Shown piece by piece: positions 34,798 through 46,227 of a DNA stretch of 64,000 nucleotides. Below the pieces are notes generated by a model. That model ran no database searches. It saw nothing but the letters and a program-made list of their open reading frames with translations, and had not been told where the DNA came from. Each line of letters starts with the position of its first letter. The stretch's first letter is position 1. Location: contig JBFRWD010000075.1 of NCBI GenBank assembly GCA_051439425.1, forward strand, positions 14,069 to 78,068. The letters run 5' to 3'. The position numbers and the translations under genes are program-made. The DNA comes from Synechococcus sp. Its GTDB lineage: Bacteria; Cyanobacteriota; Cyanobacteriia; Thermostichales; PCC-7336.

Positions 34798-35160
34798 TTA
34801 GGTGGCAGAAGCTGCTGCTGTGGCAGTTTCTCCAGGAGTGAAGGACGTACCGCAACCACAGGTATTCACTGCGTTGGGGTTTTCGAAGCGGAAGCCGCCA
34901 CCCAATAAGTCTTCGCTGAAATCAACTGTCATGCCGTCAATAATTGATAGGCTCAGCGGATCGATAACGACCTTGCAATCGCCAAACTCAAATACTTCGT
35001 CAGCATCCTTAGGCTCGGATTCGAACGCCATTGTATAGGACATGCCCGAACAACCGCTGGGCTTTACCCCCAGACGTAGGTGCATATTGGGGTCGTCATA
35101 TTTCGCACGCAACCGCTTAACTTCGCGAACTGCTGAATCCGTGAGGTTGATGTTGAACAT
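34798..35160 (-). CDS. iscA: A-type Fe-S carrier IscA/HesB
   Basis: GCSGMSY, GGGFRFENPNA, CGCGTSF. Confidence 0.92.
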   Translation of the reverse strand: MFNINLTDSAVREVKRLRAKYDDPNMHLRLGVKPSGCSGMSYTMAFESEPKDADEVFEFGDCKVVIDPLSLSIIDGMTVDFSEDLLGGGFRFENPNAVNTCGCGTSFTPGETATAAASAT

Positions 35161-35283
35161 AGAGCACTATACAATCAACGATTTTGCTTAATTCCAGGCT
35201 ACACCAACTTTCCTTAGAGCTCGTCTCAGAGTATCGCTGGACGTCAATATATAGAGCCACAGCCCAAAATCGTCAAAAGAGGG

Positions 35284-35751
35284 TTACCGCAATCGACTAG
35301 GAGGGCTGTTGTTGGCTCGGTTCAGCGGCAGGGTTTGTGGGGAAGGAGGCAGGTTGGGGGAAGTCAGCGGTCGTTCCTGGCCCGCCCCAAATCGTTCGAG
35401 CTGATAGGCAACGCGATCGCGAAACTCCGGGTCTTGATTGGCCAGGTTCATTAATTGGCTATAGAGACCAACTGTTAGCCCTTCTTGCTGCACGATATCG
35501 GCTGCGGTTTCGACAAACTGGCGTTCGATCGCCTGTTCTTCAACCGGAGACTGAGCTAACTGCAGTTCTCGACTGGCGGTTTCTAGCAGTGGTTGGATGC
35601 TCAATAGCGATCGCACCAATCCTTCCACCTGCTGCGGCGCCACCTGTTCGCTGGTTAAGGTTGCGGTTTGGGCTTGCAAGGAAGAGGTTCCTGCAACGAC
35701 TGTACCTGCCAGTAAGGCTCCGATGAACCCAGGAATCCAACGAACGTTCAT
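35284..35751 (-). CDS. Secreted DUF4168-like protein
   Basis: Signal peptide. IVQQEGLTV..Y..L...ANQDPEFRDRV resembles DUF4168. Confidence 0.6.
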   Translation of the reverse strand: MNVRWIPGFIGALLAGTVVAGTSSLQAQTATLTSEQVAPQQVEGLVRSLLSIQPLLETASRELQLAQSPVEEQAIERQFVETAADIVQQEGLTVGLYSQLMNLANQDPEFRDRVAYQLERFGAGQERPLTSPNLPPSPQTLPLNRANNSPPSRLR

Positions 35752-36400
35752 CTACCACAACCCATGTCTTCAGTATTTCTTTTACTCGAAAGTGACTGCC
35801 TTGGCTCCAAATCCTGTTCCGAGGTGTATGAACTATTTGCCTCCCAGTTGTTACAAGCTCGATATAGCAAGTCCACGAAAGCCTAAGCCAAAAAATTCTA
35901 TCGATTGGCAGTATCGCCTACTCCGACGACGCTTGATATTTTCTATACATTCCGGCCAAAAATAAACGGCTAGTACTATACCCCTGGCCAACAAATAGTT
36001 AAATGGCTGTAATGCTGCTTTGCCAACAAAGATCCCGAAGACAAATACAGAAAAATCGTCCATTTACCCGAGGATTCTGATTAAGAGAAGCTATGTTTTC
36101 TAGCCGGTTGCTCTTTTGATTTCGTTTACAAAATGCACTGCTGCTGGAAAACAAATGAATCCCTCCAATACCAGTCTAGAAGTGGTTTGAGGCGCTGATA
36201 GCCAGGATGTTGATGGCTTTGGCAAGCCCAGCAGAATAATGTGTGATGTTCTGCAGGTGGGTATTAGCACCCAAACAATTTTCAACATCCATCACTCTTG
36301 TCTTGACAGACCTAGATGAAAGCCCTAGAAATAGGATGATAATTTTGCCTATAGGATTACGGTTGCGGTCGCCAACCAATAGTTTCGGGGACTATTCAAA

Positions 36401-37210
36401 ATGGATGGAATTGTAGAATTTATAACCACAAAAGGTGTCAGTATCGCAGGCAATATTGCATTTGCGCTCATCATCTTAATTGCTGGCTTGTGGGGAGCAG
36501 GTATAGCCCGTAGACTCGCCAAGCGACTCATGGTCAATGCCAAAGTGGACCCGACCTTGGTTGGCTTCCTTAGCAACATGGTTTACTACGCTATTGCGGC
36601 ATTCATTGTGTTGGCAGCACTGAGTCGCATTGGCATCCAGACTGCATCCTTGGTTGCCATCTTTGGTGCGGCTGGTTTGGCTGTAGGTCTAGCGTTGCAA
36701 GGGTCTCTGTCCAACTTTGCAGCAGGTGTGTTAATCCTGATCTTCCGCCCCTTCAAGCTCGGAGACTTAATTGAGGGGGGTGGAACGACGGGGTTTGTTG
36801 AAGAAATTCAATTGTTCACCACCATTCTTGTCACGCCTGACAACAAGTATGTGATCGTGCCCAACGCAAAAATTGGCGGAGACAATATCGTCAACTACTC
36901 CACCAAGCCCTATATTCGATTGGATATGGTATTTGGGATTGGATACGAAGCCGATATCGATCGCGCCAAAGCAATTGTCCAAGATATTCTGGCTGGCGAT
37001 GAGCGAGTATTCAAAGATCCGGCTCCAACCGTTGCCGTTACCGAGCTAGCCGATAGTAGCGTCAACCTCGCAGTTCGCCCCAATGTCACAGTGGCCGATT
37101 ACTGGGGGGTCTACTTCGATACTCACGAGCGAATCAAGAAACGTTTCGACCAAGAGGGCATCAGCATTCCCTTCCCTCAACGGGATGTTCACATGTTCAG
37201 TGCCAACTAA
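36401..37210 (+). CDS. mscS: Small-conductance mechanosensitive channel
   Basis: GAAGLAVGLALQGSLSNFAAG, RPFKLGD, IPFPQRDVH. Confidence 0.93.
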   Translation: MDGIVEFITTKGVSIAGNIAFALIILIAGLWGAGIARRLAKRLMVNAKVDPTLVGFLSNMVYYAIAAFIVLAALSRIGIQTASLVAIFGAAGLAVGLALQGSLSNFAAGVLILIFRPFKLGDLIEGGGTTGFVEEIQLFTTILVTPDNKYVIVPNAKIGGDNIVNYSTKPYIRLDMVFGIGYEADIDRAKAIVQDILAGDERVFKDPAPTVAVTELADSSVNLAVRPNVTVADYWGVYFDTHERIKKRFDQEGISIPFPQRDVHMFSAN

Positions 37211-37309
37211 CGCAGCACCGAATTTTTAGTCAAAGTCTACGTTTATTGTGTTGTACGGGCTCTTGCGCGGTCTCCGCTGAGAGCTTTTCTGTTGGTTACC
37301 TCAAGTTCT

Positions 37310-37906
37310 CTAGTCACCAGAACCGGTCGCTGGGCTTGCTGGCGATCTCACCATAGTGGATGCTAAGGCGATCGCTTCCGGATAAATCCGATGTTCTTCC
37401 ACTTGGATGCGAGCTTGCAAGGTATCTTCTGTGTCGTCAGGGTGTACCGGGACGACTGCCTGATGCACAATCGGGCCGCTATCGACCTCAAGTTCTACCC
37501 AGTGGACGGTGCAACCGGAAAACTTGACGCCATAATCGATGGCCTGTCGGACTGCGTGTAGTCCTGGAAAGCTGGGCAGCAGGCTGGGGTGGATATTTAG
37601 CATTCGACGAGGGAAGGCGTCAATTAATTCTTGGGTGACGCGCCGCATCCAGCCTGCCATTACAACCAGCTCGACATTATGCCGAGTAAGTTCGGTGGCA
37701 ATTTCGAGATCGACGTCTTCTCTCGACGCATACTTACGATGATCGATCAATACAGCAGGCACCCCAAATTCGCGGGCTTTATTCGCGACTCCGGCCCCTG
37801 GATTGTTATAAATCACAATCTCTACTGAAGCGTCCAATTGGCCGCGGTGAATAGCCTCCGAGATTGCCACGTAATTACTGCCCTTCCCAGACGCTAAGAC
37901 CCCCAA
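37310..37906 (-). CDS. purN: Phosphoribosylglycinamide formyltransferase (start uncertain)
   Basis: LASGKGSN, MAGWMR, LNIHPSLLPSFPG, GCTVH, DSGPI. Confidence 0.93.
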   Translation of the reverse strand: MGVLASGKGSNYVAISEAIHRGQLDASVEIVIYNNPGAGVANKAREFGVPAVLIDHRKYASREDVDLEIATELTRHNVELVVMAGWMRRVTQELIDAFPRRMLNIHPSLLPSFPGLHAVRQAIDYGVKFSGCTVHWVELEVDSGPIVHQAVVPVHPDDTEDTLQARIQVEEHRIYPEAIALASTMVRSPASPATGSGD

Positions 37907-38286
37907 TCTTAAGGGGCTGCCTGAGAGAGACGATTGAACAATTGCCGGGTGGACAGCAGAAATAATGACAATAGGGAGTGCAAGCAGGGCGATGATACCT
38001 CATCTATTGTGGGTTCATGTCTGTCCTGACTGGTAACGCGCCTGGTGTAAAGTGACATCGCAAAATTGATGGCTCCGTATTTTCCCCGCATATATTCGCA
38101 CGCCCGACATACAGAATAGGCATTATCACTTACAAGACGCCCTGTCTCGATGTGTAGGATTTCTACAATCCAATCAACGAATTGACTCTGATTGTGTCGA
38201 TACGCAACATCACATCAATCCTGGTGACAGACTGAGCGTAGGACCCCAAAGGTTTCTAGATTGGAATTTGAGAACTATTCTGCTGG

Positions 38287-38478
38287 TTGAGGTTATCCCC
38301 CATGCACGCCCTCAAAGTTCGCCGCCGTGTTTATACTGCCGGAACTGATGCAACTCAACAGGCTGCGAGCGATCGCCGTGAGATGCAAGTAACTACTGCC
38401 GTACAAATCCTAACGATAGGTCTACTGTCGGGTCTGTGCTGCTTTACCGGTTCTCTGCTTTTTCTGCAGGTTCTGTAA
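38287..38478 (+). CDS. Possible small membrane protein
   Basis: 63-aa ORF with a C-terminal hydrophobic helix. No recognised family. Confidence 0.35.
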   Translation: MRLSPMHALKVRRRVYTAGTDATQQAASDRREMQVTTAVQILTIGLLSGLCCFTGSLLFLQVL

Positions 38479-38865
38479 CGGCAGTTTCTACCAACCGAAT
38501 CGATCTGAATTGTCGGGCTGGATATTCAGAATATTCGGGTGGCTTTGGCCGTACCTTCATAAACTGGCTCTGTCAGATTGGTGTTGATGGCGGCTAAAAT
38601 TGGTATTCTTTACGAGCTTTTCTGCAAACACCTGAGTTCAGGTGTTGAATGGCTGCAATTATAGTCACCGACAACGATTGCAAGTCTTGTTGGCTAGAGG
38701 CAAGCAGGAGTTTGAGAGTATTAATCGTACTGGCATTTCTATCATGAGTCAGTCGGCAAATTCCTCTACTTCAGTGGTTCTGAATAGCTGTGACGCTTTG
38801 CCGTTTTGTCGGTGGCATAATAATCTCTGGACTTCGCCCAGACGTTTTGTGAATAGAGGCTACTC

Positions 38866-39198
38866 ATGGCAGGATTTGGACCCTTTGGCAAGATTCAAGA
38901 AGCCCTTAAGAAGGCTCAGGAAGTAAAAGAAGGGGCTCAGAAGCTTCAGGTAGAGCTGGATGAGATGGAAATTGTCGGCGAAGCTGGCGATGGTCTTGTC
39001 AAAGTCACTGTTAGTGGCAACCAAGAGCCCAGAAGTGTCACGCTAGCGCCTGCTGCGATGGAAAAGTCGGCAGAAGATTTGCAGGCTCTGGTGTTTGAAG
39101 CCATGCAGAAAGCTTACGGCGAATCCACTGAAACGATGCGCACCCGCATGGAAGAGTTGACCGGTGGATTGGGCAATCTTCCTGGTTTGGGCTTCTAG
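38866..39198 (+). CDS. YbaB/EbfC nucleoid-associated protein
   Basis: KKAQEVKEGAQKLQ.EL..MEI.G....GLVKVTVSGNQEP. Confidence 0.92.
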   Translation: MAGFGPFGKIQEALKKAQEVKEGAQKLQVELDEMEIVGEAGDGLVKVTVSGNQEPRSVTLAPAAMEKSAEDLQALVFEAMQKAYGESTETMRTRMEELTGGLGNLPGLGF

Positions 39199-39224
39199 CA
39201 AACCGATCGCTATCATCTGCCTAC

Positions 39225-39253
39225 AAACTCTTCGTCTGTCTGGCGGAGAGTTT
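39225..39253 (+). terminator. Stem-loop downstream of the YbaB/EbfC gene
   Basis: AAACTCTTCGTC-TGTCT-GGCGGAGAGTTT. Confidence 0.5.
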
Positions 39254-39347
39254 ATGTATTGGTTCTCTGTTGGCCCAGATTAAGGCCGTATTAGGAAAGT
39301 GTACTGTTGACATCTAGCCGTTCGACCCTTCTGCGAATCGTTGTTCG

Positions 39348-39395
39348 ACTGTCCTTCTTGGGTACTGTCCTTCTTGGGTACTGTCCTTCTTGGGT
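39348..39395. repeat. 16-bp perfect tandem repeat x3
   Basis: actgtccttcttgggt x3, about 115 bp upstream of ndhQ. Confidence 0.9.
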
Positions 39396-39510
39396 ATTGT
39401 TCAACCCTCCCGTGTTCCAGAGCCAATTTAAGTTTTTCCCCGCTAATTGTCGCCGTTGCTCCCAAACAAATGAGATAGACTGACTTCGGCGTTATTCGCA
39501 TGTGGAAGCC

Positions 39511-39648
39511 GTGGCAAATTTCAACCGAGGCATCATGAAGTTTCGCGGAGCCGATAGTCCGCTCGCCATTTTGCTCTCAACCATCGTCGTTGGCGGGCTA
39601 GTCGGCACCTTAATTTGGTGGGCGGTCAATTATGCTTATGCTTTTTAA
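39511..39648 (+). CDS. ndhQ: NDH-1 small subunit NdhQ (45 aa; not in ORF track)
   Basis: GTG start. MANFNRGIMKFRGADSPLAILLSTIVVGGLVGTLIWWAVNYAYAF* carries the FNRGIMKF.GADSP...LIWWA...AY signature. Confidence 0.88.
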   Translation: MANFNRGIMKFRGADSPLAILLSTIVVGGLVGTLIWWAVNYAYAF

Positions 39649-39974
39649 AGTCAAAACCTCCTCATTGGACCTGGCCTAAGCAAATCGGGAAGAGGTCTTC
39701 TCGCTCTGAATGCACTCCCTGTTGTAGACAATGGGGCTTGGTTTTTACTGACTGCCTATTTTGCGTTTTGACTGCGTCCAACGGTGTCCTTCAGTTTTGA
39801 GCAGAGATTGCGCAGCGCAACATAAGAAGCGCAGGTGTGGATGGTTGTGATAATCCAGCTTCAACGACCGGAACATCGCACTACAAGTCCACATCTGCGC
39901 AGATAAAAACAGTACCGATGATTTGGAACTGAGACCAGTCAGGCGATCTCAGGACAAGGAACTCCAAACTCCGG

Positions 39975-40274
39975 CTACAGCTCGAATAAAGCGTCTTCCT
40001 GCTCGGTGTAAATGACGCAATCGGAGCTGGGGGATGCCATACAGGTGAGAACGAAGCCAGCGTCTACTTCACTGTCTTTCAGGAAGTCATGGTCTTGCTT
40101 GACAGCACCACTTTTCACTCTGGCAACGCACGAAATGCACTTTCCGGCCCGGCAAGAGTAAGGGATGTCGATGCCGGTTTCTTCAGCAATATCTAAGATG
40201 TATTCCCCTTCGGGAACCGCAATAGTTTTATCCAGCCCAGTTTCGGCATTAATCAGTCTGACGCTATAGCTCAC
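39975..40274 (-). CDS. Plant-type [2Fe-2S] ferredoxin
   Basis: YILDIAEE.GIDIPYSCRAGKCISC...GFVLTC.A.P.SDC. Confidence 0.93.
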   Translation of the reverse strand: MSYSVRLINAETGLDKTIAVPEGEYILDIAEETGIDIPYSCRAGKCISCVARVKSGAVKQDHDFLKDSEVDAGFVLTCMASPSSDCVIYTEQEDALFEL

Positions 40275-40855
40275 GGAATCTCCTTTGTGGAATCAGCCAA
40301 ACAATCGGTAATAAGGGTGAGTTCTTGAAAAACTCGCGATCGCTGATACGACGACTGCGCTGAGAGGGCACCTTACTTTCCGTCAGGAAGAGAGTAACGG
40401 AGTAAGGGTCAATCCTTTGCAATTCAAATGTTTCAGTGACCTTGTTTAGAATTGTAACAAATGTTTGCAATTTTGTGTAGCCATTCTATCCAATTAGTCT
40501 GGATCTTGAGTTATACAAGATACATAGTTGCCTAGACCTCCCCCAAAAGTAGTGCCTCCACCCGATCTAGAGCGTTCCCGGAGTTGGGGGCAAGCAATAC
40601 AAGTACATGAAATGTGAAGCTGTCTATGTATGTTTGTTGTGTAGTTGGCCTGTATTGAGTGGTCGCGGCAAGCAGTTGTCAGGTCGGAACGTCGTTTCTT
40701 GGGGCCAACATGGCAAACCTCTTTGTTTTGGGTAATAGTTCCTAGGGGCTAATGCTGAGGAGAAGGAGGGTCTTTAGAGAAAGGATGTCGCGCCGACGTC
40801 ATTCTGAGAACTCGTTACAATCTTGCAAGTTGTGACCTTGCACCGAGAACGAAGC

Positions 40856-42037
40856 ATGCAATATCGCCGCTTTGGCCGAACCGAACTGCAAATGCCGGTC
40901 TTTAGCTGTGGTGGAATGCGCTATCAGCATAAATGGCAGGATATTCGTCCTGAGGAAGTGCCTGAAGAGGGTCAAAAGAACTTAGAAGCAACTATCCACA
41001 GGGCCTTGGAACTGGGTATTAACCATATCGAGACGGCGCGAGGATACGGATCCTCCGAAATGCAACTGGGCTATGTGCTGCCCAAGCTGCCGCGCCAAGA
41101 GCTGATCGTTCAGACTAAAGTGGGTCCGTCTGCGGATTCGAAGCAGTTCAGGCGGACATTTGAACAGTCCCTGAGTTACCTGCAGCTCGATTACGTCGAT
41201 CTACTCGGTATCCACGGCATTAACACTCCCGAACACGTCGAGCAAACGTTGCGGCCCGGTGGCTGTATGGATGTGGCTCGCAAGCTGGTGAGTGAGGGGA
41301 AGGTGCGCTTCGTGGGATTCTCCACTCACGGCCCCTGCGAGGTAATTGTGAAAGCGATTAACTCGGGTCGCTTTGATTATGTCAATTTGCATTGGTATTA
41401 CATTAACCAAGCCAATTGGCCGGCGATCGCCGCTGCCACCGAGCAAGACATGGGGGTATTCATTATTAGTCCCTCCGACAAGGGAGGACGGTTGTACGAG
41501 CCCCCGCAGCGTCTGATGGATCTCTGCCGTCCCCTCAGTCCGATGGTGTTTAACGACTTGTTTTGCCTTTCTTACCCACAAGTACACACCCTCAGCCTGG
41601 GGGCCGCCCGTCCTGGTGATTTTGACGAGCATATGAAAGCCCTGCCCTTGTTGGAGCAAGCCTCTGAGATTTTGCCCGACATCATCTCTCGGCTAGAGCA
41701 GCGCATGGTGGACACGTTTGGGGAGGAATGGGCGAAAACTTGGCATGTGGGGTTACCCACTCACGATCGCACCCCCGGCGGCATTAATATTCCGACGATT
41801 TTGTGGTTGCGCAATCTAGTGTTGGCCTATGACATGGTGGAGTACGGCAAGGCCCGCTACAACTTGCTCACGAATGCGGGTCACTGGTTTCCAGGAGGGA
41901 AGGCGGAACATGTATCGGCTAGCAAGCTAGCGGACTGTTTGGCCAATAGCCCCCACCGCGATCGCATTCCTGACTATCTCAAAGAAGCTCACGAGTTGTT
42001 GAAGGGGGCAGCCGTCAAGCGGCTTTCTCAAAGTTGA
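40856..42037 (+). CDS. Aldo/keto reductase family oxidoreductase
   Basis: MQYRRFGRTELQMPVFSCGGMRYQ, GINHIETARGYG, GFSTHG. Confidence 0.9.
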   Translation: MQYRRFGRTELQMPVFSCGGMRYQHKWQDIRPEEVPEEGQKNLEATIHRALELGINHIETARGYGSSEMQLGYVLPKLPRQELIVQTKVGPSADSKQFRRTFEQSLSYLQLDYVDLLGIHGINTPEHVEQTLRPGGCMDVARKLVSEGKVRFVGFSTHGPCEVIVKAINSGRFDYVNLHWYYINQANWPAIAAATEQDMGVFIISPSDKGGRLYEPPQRLMDLCRPLSPMVFNDLFCLSYPQVHTLSLGAARPGDFDEHMKALPLLEQASEILPDIISRLEQRMVDTFGEEWAKTWHVGLPTHDRTPGGINIPTILWLRNLVLAYDMVEYGKARYNLLTNAGHWFPGGKAEHVSASKLADCLANSPHRDRIPDYLKEAHELLKGAAVKRLSQS

Positions 42038-42208
42038 TGGATATTGACAATACAGTATCTGGTGAAGTTTCCAATGGGTGATTGCCCAATTACCATCCAG
42101 CATCCACAGATTCGCGAGGGAAATGCTACTACAGCCTGGGCAGCAGGATTATGCCAAAGTTGTGATGGATAAATTGCCGACAAAAAAAACTAACTCCCTA
42201 GGTCATTT

Positions 42209-44686
42209 CTAACTTTGCCCAAACAGGACAGCTCGCACTAGGCGAATCTCTTCGAAACTAAATGATTCTCCTAATAGCTCGCGGATGGGGGTGAGGCTGG
42301 AGTAGCTACCGACATCGTAAATGGCGCGAAAGATTTGTCGCTGGCGCGCGGGAGTAACGATCGCATCAATATGCACTTCTTCTCCTGCAGCCAGCAACTG
42401 AGCCAAATGGGTCATGATGGTCTTTGGCTTGAGCTGGCGTGATTCGGCAATCTCATTCACAGATAGTCCCTGGCGATGCAAGTCTAATGTTTCTTGCTGC
42501 GTCGCACTCAGAGTAATAAATTGCGATATCGGAATCGGAGTTTCCGAGACGTCTGGAGCGGGTTTAGATTGGGCAGGTTTGGATTGAGTGGAAGCGATCG
42601 CCTTCTCCTCAACTGCCACAGCCCCAGTGGTTGTTCCGGGGTCGTAGACAGGATAAAGGGAGAAATTCTGAGGCGTTAGTAAGTTGTCTTCCTCATTTTC
42701 TGAACGTTCGTCAGAGGCGCTGTCTGCTAATGGCCTAATGTCGAACGTAGCGGTATCTTCATCGTCGACAACGGGATTAGTCTCTGCATCCAGCGGCAAA
42801 TCCCCCAAATTGTTCTCCTCAACCTCTATTCCAATTTCAGGTTCCACCACCAGAGCAGCCCCAGGACTGGCCCCTAAAAAATCATCCAAAGCATTCAAAA
42901 AAATCTCGCCATACTGGTTCAGTTTCTTTTGCCCCACCCCCACCAATTGACCAAACTCCTCCAACGTTTCCGGCTGCTCCTGCGCCATCGCCTTCAGAGT
43001 GCGGTCGGAAAAAATGATGTACGGAGGCACCGACTGTTGGTCTGCCAACCGCTTGCGTAGCTTGCGTAAATGCTGAAATAACTCCTCATCGGCAGCCGAT
43101 AACTCCTCCACCTCCCGACGCTGCACCACCGCCACATCTTGGCCGTTGCGCAACTGCGGTACCGACACCTCCAACTGTCGCTTCAGCACCTGAAACCCGC
43201 GATCGCCAATCGACAGAGTGCCGTACCCGTCCGTGCTCTCCTCCATAAAATCTTGATGCAGCAGTGCCTGACCCAATTCCTGCCACTGCTTAATCGTCAG
43301 TTCTCCTCCAATCCCATAGGTGGACAGCGTATCGTGACCGTTGCGTCGAATGCGATCGTCCGACTTCCCCTTCAGTACATCGATGATGTAGCGCATGCCA
43401 AACCGCTGATCGCAGCGATACACGCAGGATAAAAACTTCTGGGTCTCGATCGTGCGATCCTCCATCGGAACCGGATTGAGACAGTTATCGCAGTTGCCGC
43501 AATCTTTGGCCAACGTCTCGCCAAAATAGCCCACCAATACCCGCTGGCGACATAGGAATGATGACCCATAGTCGATGGTTTGGCGTAATTGCTGGCGGGC
43601 AATCCGCTGCTCGTCCGGGTCGGACTTTTGTTTGATTAAAAACTCAATTTTGCTGCGATCTCCGTAGCTAAACAGCAACACGCAATCGGCAGGCAATCCA
43701 TCCCGACCCGCTCGCCCAGATTCTTGATAGTAGCTTTCCAAATTGCGGGGCAGATCGGCGTGAACCACCAGTCGCACATCCGGCTTATCGATGCCCATAC
43801 CAAATGCGATCGTGGCCACCATCACTTGGGCATCATCTCGCACAAACGCGGTCTGGTTCTCCTCCCGCGACTCCGAACTCATGCCCGCGTGGTAAGGCAA
43901 CGCCGAAATTCCGGCACTCTGCAACGCCGCCGCCAACTTGTCTACAGAAGCACGGCTTTGGCAGTAGACGATCGCCGAACCGTCTTTGAGGTCTCGCACC
44001 ATCCGAACAAGTTCTAGCGGCAATTGCTTGGGTTTGGGTCGCACGGTGTAATGCAGGTTTGTGCGATGGAAGCTGGCTACGTGGGTGAATGGCTCTGACA
44101 GCTCTAGCTGGCGAGCAATATCCTCTCGCACTCGTTCCGTGGCGGTGGCTGTTAATGCCGTAACGGGAACCGATGGAAAGCGCTGGCGCAGACTGCGCAG
44201 TTGGCGATATTCCGGGCGAAAATCGTGTCCCCATTCGGAGACGCAATGGGCTTCGTCGACAGCAATTCGGGCAATGCCGACATCGTTGGCCAACTCGCTC
44301 AGAGTGGATTGAAAACTCTCGCTCAGTAACCGTTCGGGGGCGACATACAGTAACTTGTATTCGCCATCCAACAAGGAATTCTCGCGGGCTCTGGCTTCTG
44401 CCCCCGGCAAGGAACTATTGAGATAGGTAGCGGCAATGCCGTTATCCAACAGGTGAGCCACCTGATCTTGCATGAGAGCGATCAGAGGGGACACCACGAT
44501 CGTGACACCAGGCGTCAGCAATGCAGGCAGTTGATAGCACAGGGATTTGCCGCCCCCAGTGGGCATTAGCACGAGTAGGTCTTCGCGGGCGATCGCACGG
44601 TCGATAATTTCCGCCTGCCCCGGTCGAAACTGGTCGTAACCAAAGTACTGTTTCAGAGCCTCTGCAGGGGAGGGGGCGATCGTCAT
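42209..44686 (-). CDS. recQ: DNA helicase RecQ (RQC, HRDC, C-terminal HTH)
   Basis: FGYDQFRPGQ, MPTGGGKSLCYQLPA, DEAHCVSEWGHDFRP, QESGRAGRDG, HRDC. Confidence 0.96.
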   Translation of the reverse strand: MTIAPSPAEALKQYFGYDQFRPGQAEIIDRAIAREDLLVLMPTGGGKSLCYQLPALLTPGVTIVVSPLIALMQDQVAHLLDNGIAATYLNSSLPGAEARARENSLLDGEYKLLYVAPERLLSESFQSTLSELANDVGIARIAVDEAHCVSEWGHDFRPEYRQLRSLRQRFPSVPVTALTATATERVREDIARQLELSEPFTHVASFHRTNLHYTVRPKPKQLPLELVRMVRDLKDGSAIVYCQSRASVDKLAAALQSAGISALPYHAGMSSESREENQTAFVRDDAQVMVATIAFGMGIDKPDVRLVVHADLPRNLESYYQESGRAGRDGLPADCVLLFSYGDRSKIEFLIKQKSDPDEQRIARQQLRQTIDYGSSFLCRQRVLVGYFGETLAKDCGNCDNCLNPVPMEDRTIETQKFLSCVYRCDQRFGMRYIIDVLKGKSDDRIRRNGHDTLSTYGIGGELTIKQWQELGQALLHQDFMEESTDGYGTLSIGDRGFQVLKRQLEVSVPQLRNGQDVAVVQRREVEELSAADEELFQHLRKLRKRLADQQSVPPYIIFSDRTLKAMAQEQPETLEEFGQLVGVGQKKLNQYGEIFLNALDDFLGASPGAALVVEPEIGIEVEENNLGDLPLDAETNPVVDDEDTATFDIRPLADSASDERSENEEDNLLTPQNFSLYPVYDPGTTTGAVAVEEKAIASTQSKPAQSKPAPDVSETPIPISQFITLSATQQETLDLHRQGLSVNEIAESRQLKPKTIMTHLAQLLAAGEEVHIDAIVTPARQRQIFRAIYDVGSYSSLTPIRELLGESFSFEEIRLVRAVLFGQS

Positions 44687-44878
44687 TACAGTCCCGTAAA
44701 GACAGCGTCCGATCAGTATAGATGCTCCCTCGGACTTCATCCTTGCATCAACATGACCATCTTTATAGTGTTTGCCATTGTCGTGAGGACATGTGGCAAA
44801 GTGCCCTCAAGTAGGGGACTCGGAAGCCTCTTTACTTGACGTATTCAACAAGGTTCGAATAATCTGAGCGCTTTGCTC

Positions 44879-45230
44879 GGCATCGTCAAATCAATTCATC
44901 GGCGCTGTAAGCCTTTCAGTGTGAGGCTTTGAGAAATGAGCATCAGTTACAATCATCATCGCTTTCCCGCAGAGATCGTCTCGGACTGCGTCTGACTACA
45001 AGACAGTTTTTCCCAAGCTATCGAGATATCAAGACGCTGACGATCTATCGCAGCATCAGCTTGATTTAGGGCCTTCTGCAATCAGCGGTGGAGAATCCCC
45101 TCGCCAATTTTTGTAGGACTTAGGGCTTGAGCTGTCCTCGCACTCCGGATCTTTCAGCCAATTGCCACACGAAACAATCCGCCACTGGTGACTTGAGTTA
45201 CGTCAGGCCTAGGAAACAAACTTCGTTACC
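44879..45230 (+). mobile_element. Degenerate IS6-family remnant (N-terminal transposase fragment, interrupted by about 100 bp of unrelated sequence)
   Basis: YNHHRFPAEIVSDCV*L... then THETIRHW*, resembling IS6 RHRFP.EII...W...YE.IR.W. Possible decayed IR ggcatcgtcaa at 44879. Confidence 0.6.
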
Positions 45231-45361
45231 GAAGTCAAAAGTCTAGACAGACATAAAACATACACCAATTCCCTTCTTATCAGACAACTGTTACTTTAAA
45301 ACATGCGCCAAAGGGATGGTTCTCCTTGAGGCATAGAAAGAACTTACATCTGATAGTTGAT

Positions 45362-45384
45362 AAACTCTACCAGAGGTAGAGTTT
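45362..45384. other. Perfect 10-bp inverted repeat in intergenic region
   Basis: AAACTCTACC-AGA-GGTAGAGTTT. Confidence 0.6.
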
Positions 45385-45699
45385 TCATCATGTATTGCCT
45401 AACTGCAGGTGTCCATACAGACGGTGGTACTCAGCTTTAGAGATTTCTTTGCTGCGAGAATCTTTTAAGGACGGTAGTTTGTTGAAAACCTTCGACTTTT
45501 GAGCAAGTAAACATAACTTGCAATTTGGTTCCATACAGCTACTTAAGCAGTGAGGATAGTCGTTCATCGTCGTAGTTTGTAACCTTTATATACCTTAACT
45601 CTCCACGGGGTTTTCTTTTTCAGGGTGACAGGTATTGTTACATAAAGTCGTCATCAAAAAAACGACGAGTCTGTTTATAGCTAAACTGCGACTTTACTC

Positions 45700-45990
45700 T
45701 GCTGCAGACATACGTACGATCTCTTGCTCACGTGTAAGTTGATGAGACGCCACCGTCCGATTGTTCAGGTCTTGGTGTTGTTGACACCCCACATTCGACC
45801 TCATTTCTCGATGAACTGCTCTATAGCGTCTTCGGTTATTCGTCAGACACAAATCCTGGTCCCAGGAGTAAACGTCGGACAAATCTCTTTGCAACCCACC
45901 TAGGGGGTATGCCCATCCCCATCAGCACAAACTCGCGGAACACAATATCGAGAAATAATGAGTCAGCGCTTCGAGATCTGGCAGGGTGCG
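45700..45990 (-). mobile_element. Degenerate IS6-family transposase C-terminal fragment
   Basis: FLDIV... and Y.AVHREM....QHQDLNNRTVASHQLTREQE resemble IS6 LNNR.E.SHQPTR.RE. Confidence 0.45.
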
Positions 45991-46227
45991 ATGCGCAAGA
46001 AAACAGTGTCGATTTTCGCTGATTCTCAGGTGGCTTGACGATTCCCCTTGTTAACTGCCATGGCGTTAGTTTGCCAAATGCTTGCAAAATCCGAATACGC
46101 TGCCAAGCGTAACTTTGGCAGCGTATTTTATCGTTGCCTATCGGCTAACGTTGGTTGGGTTTACGTTTGCAGAAGAATAACGATTCAAGAATTTTCTGCA
46201 TTAGATGCCAATCTCAGCAACGAGAAC

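Noticed and set aside
39348..39395. Short repeats (also 27663-27704) as mini-CRISPRs
   Set aside because: Head-to-tail tandem repeats without spacers.
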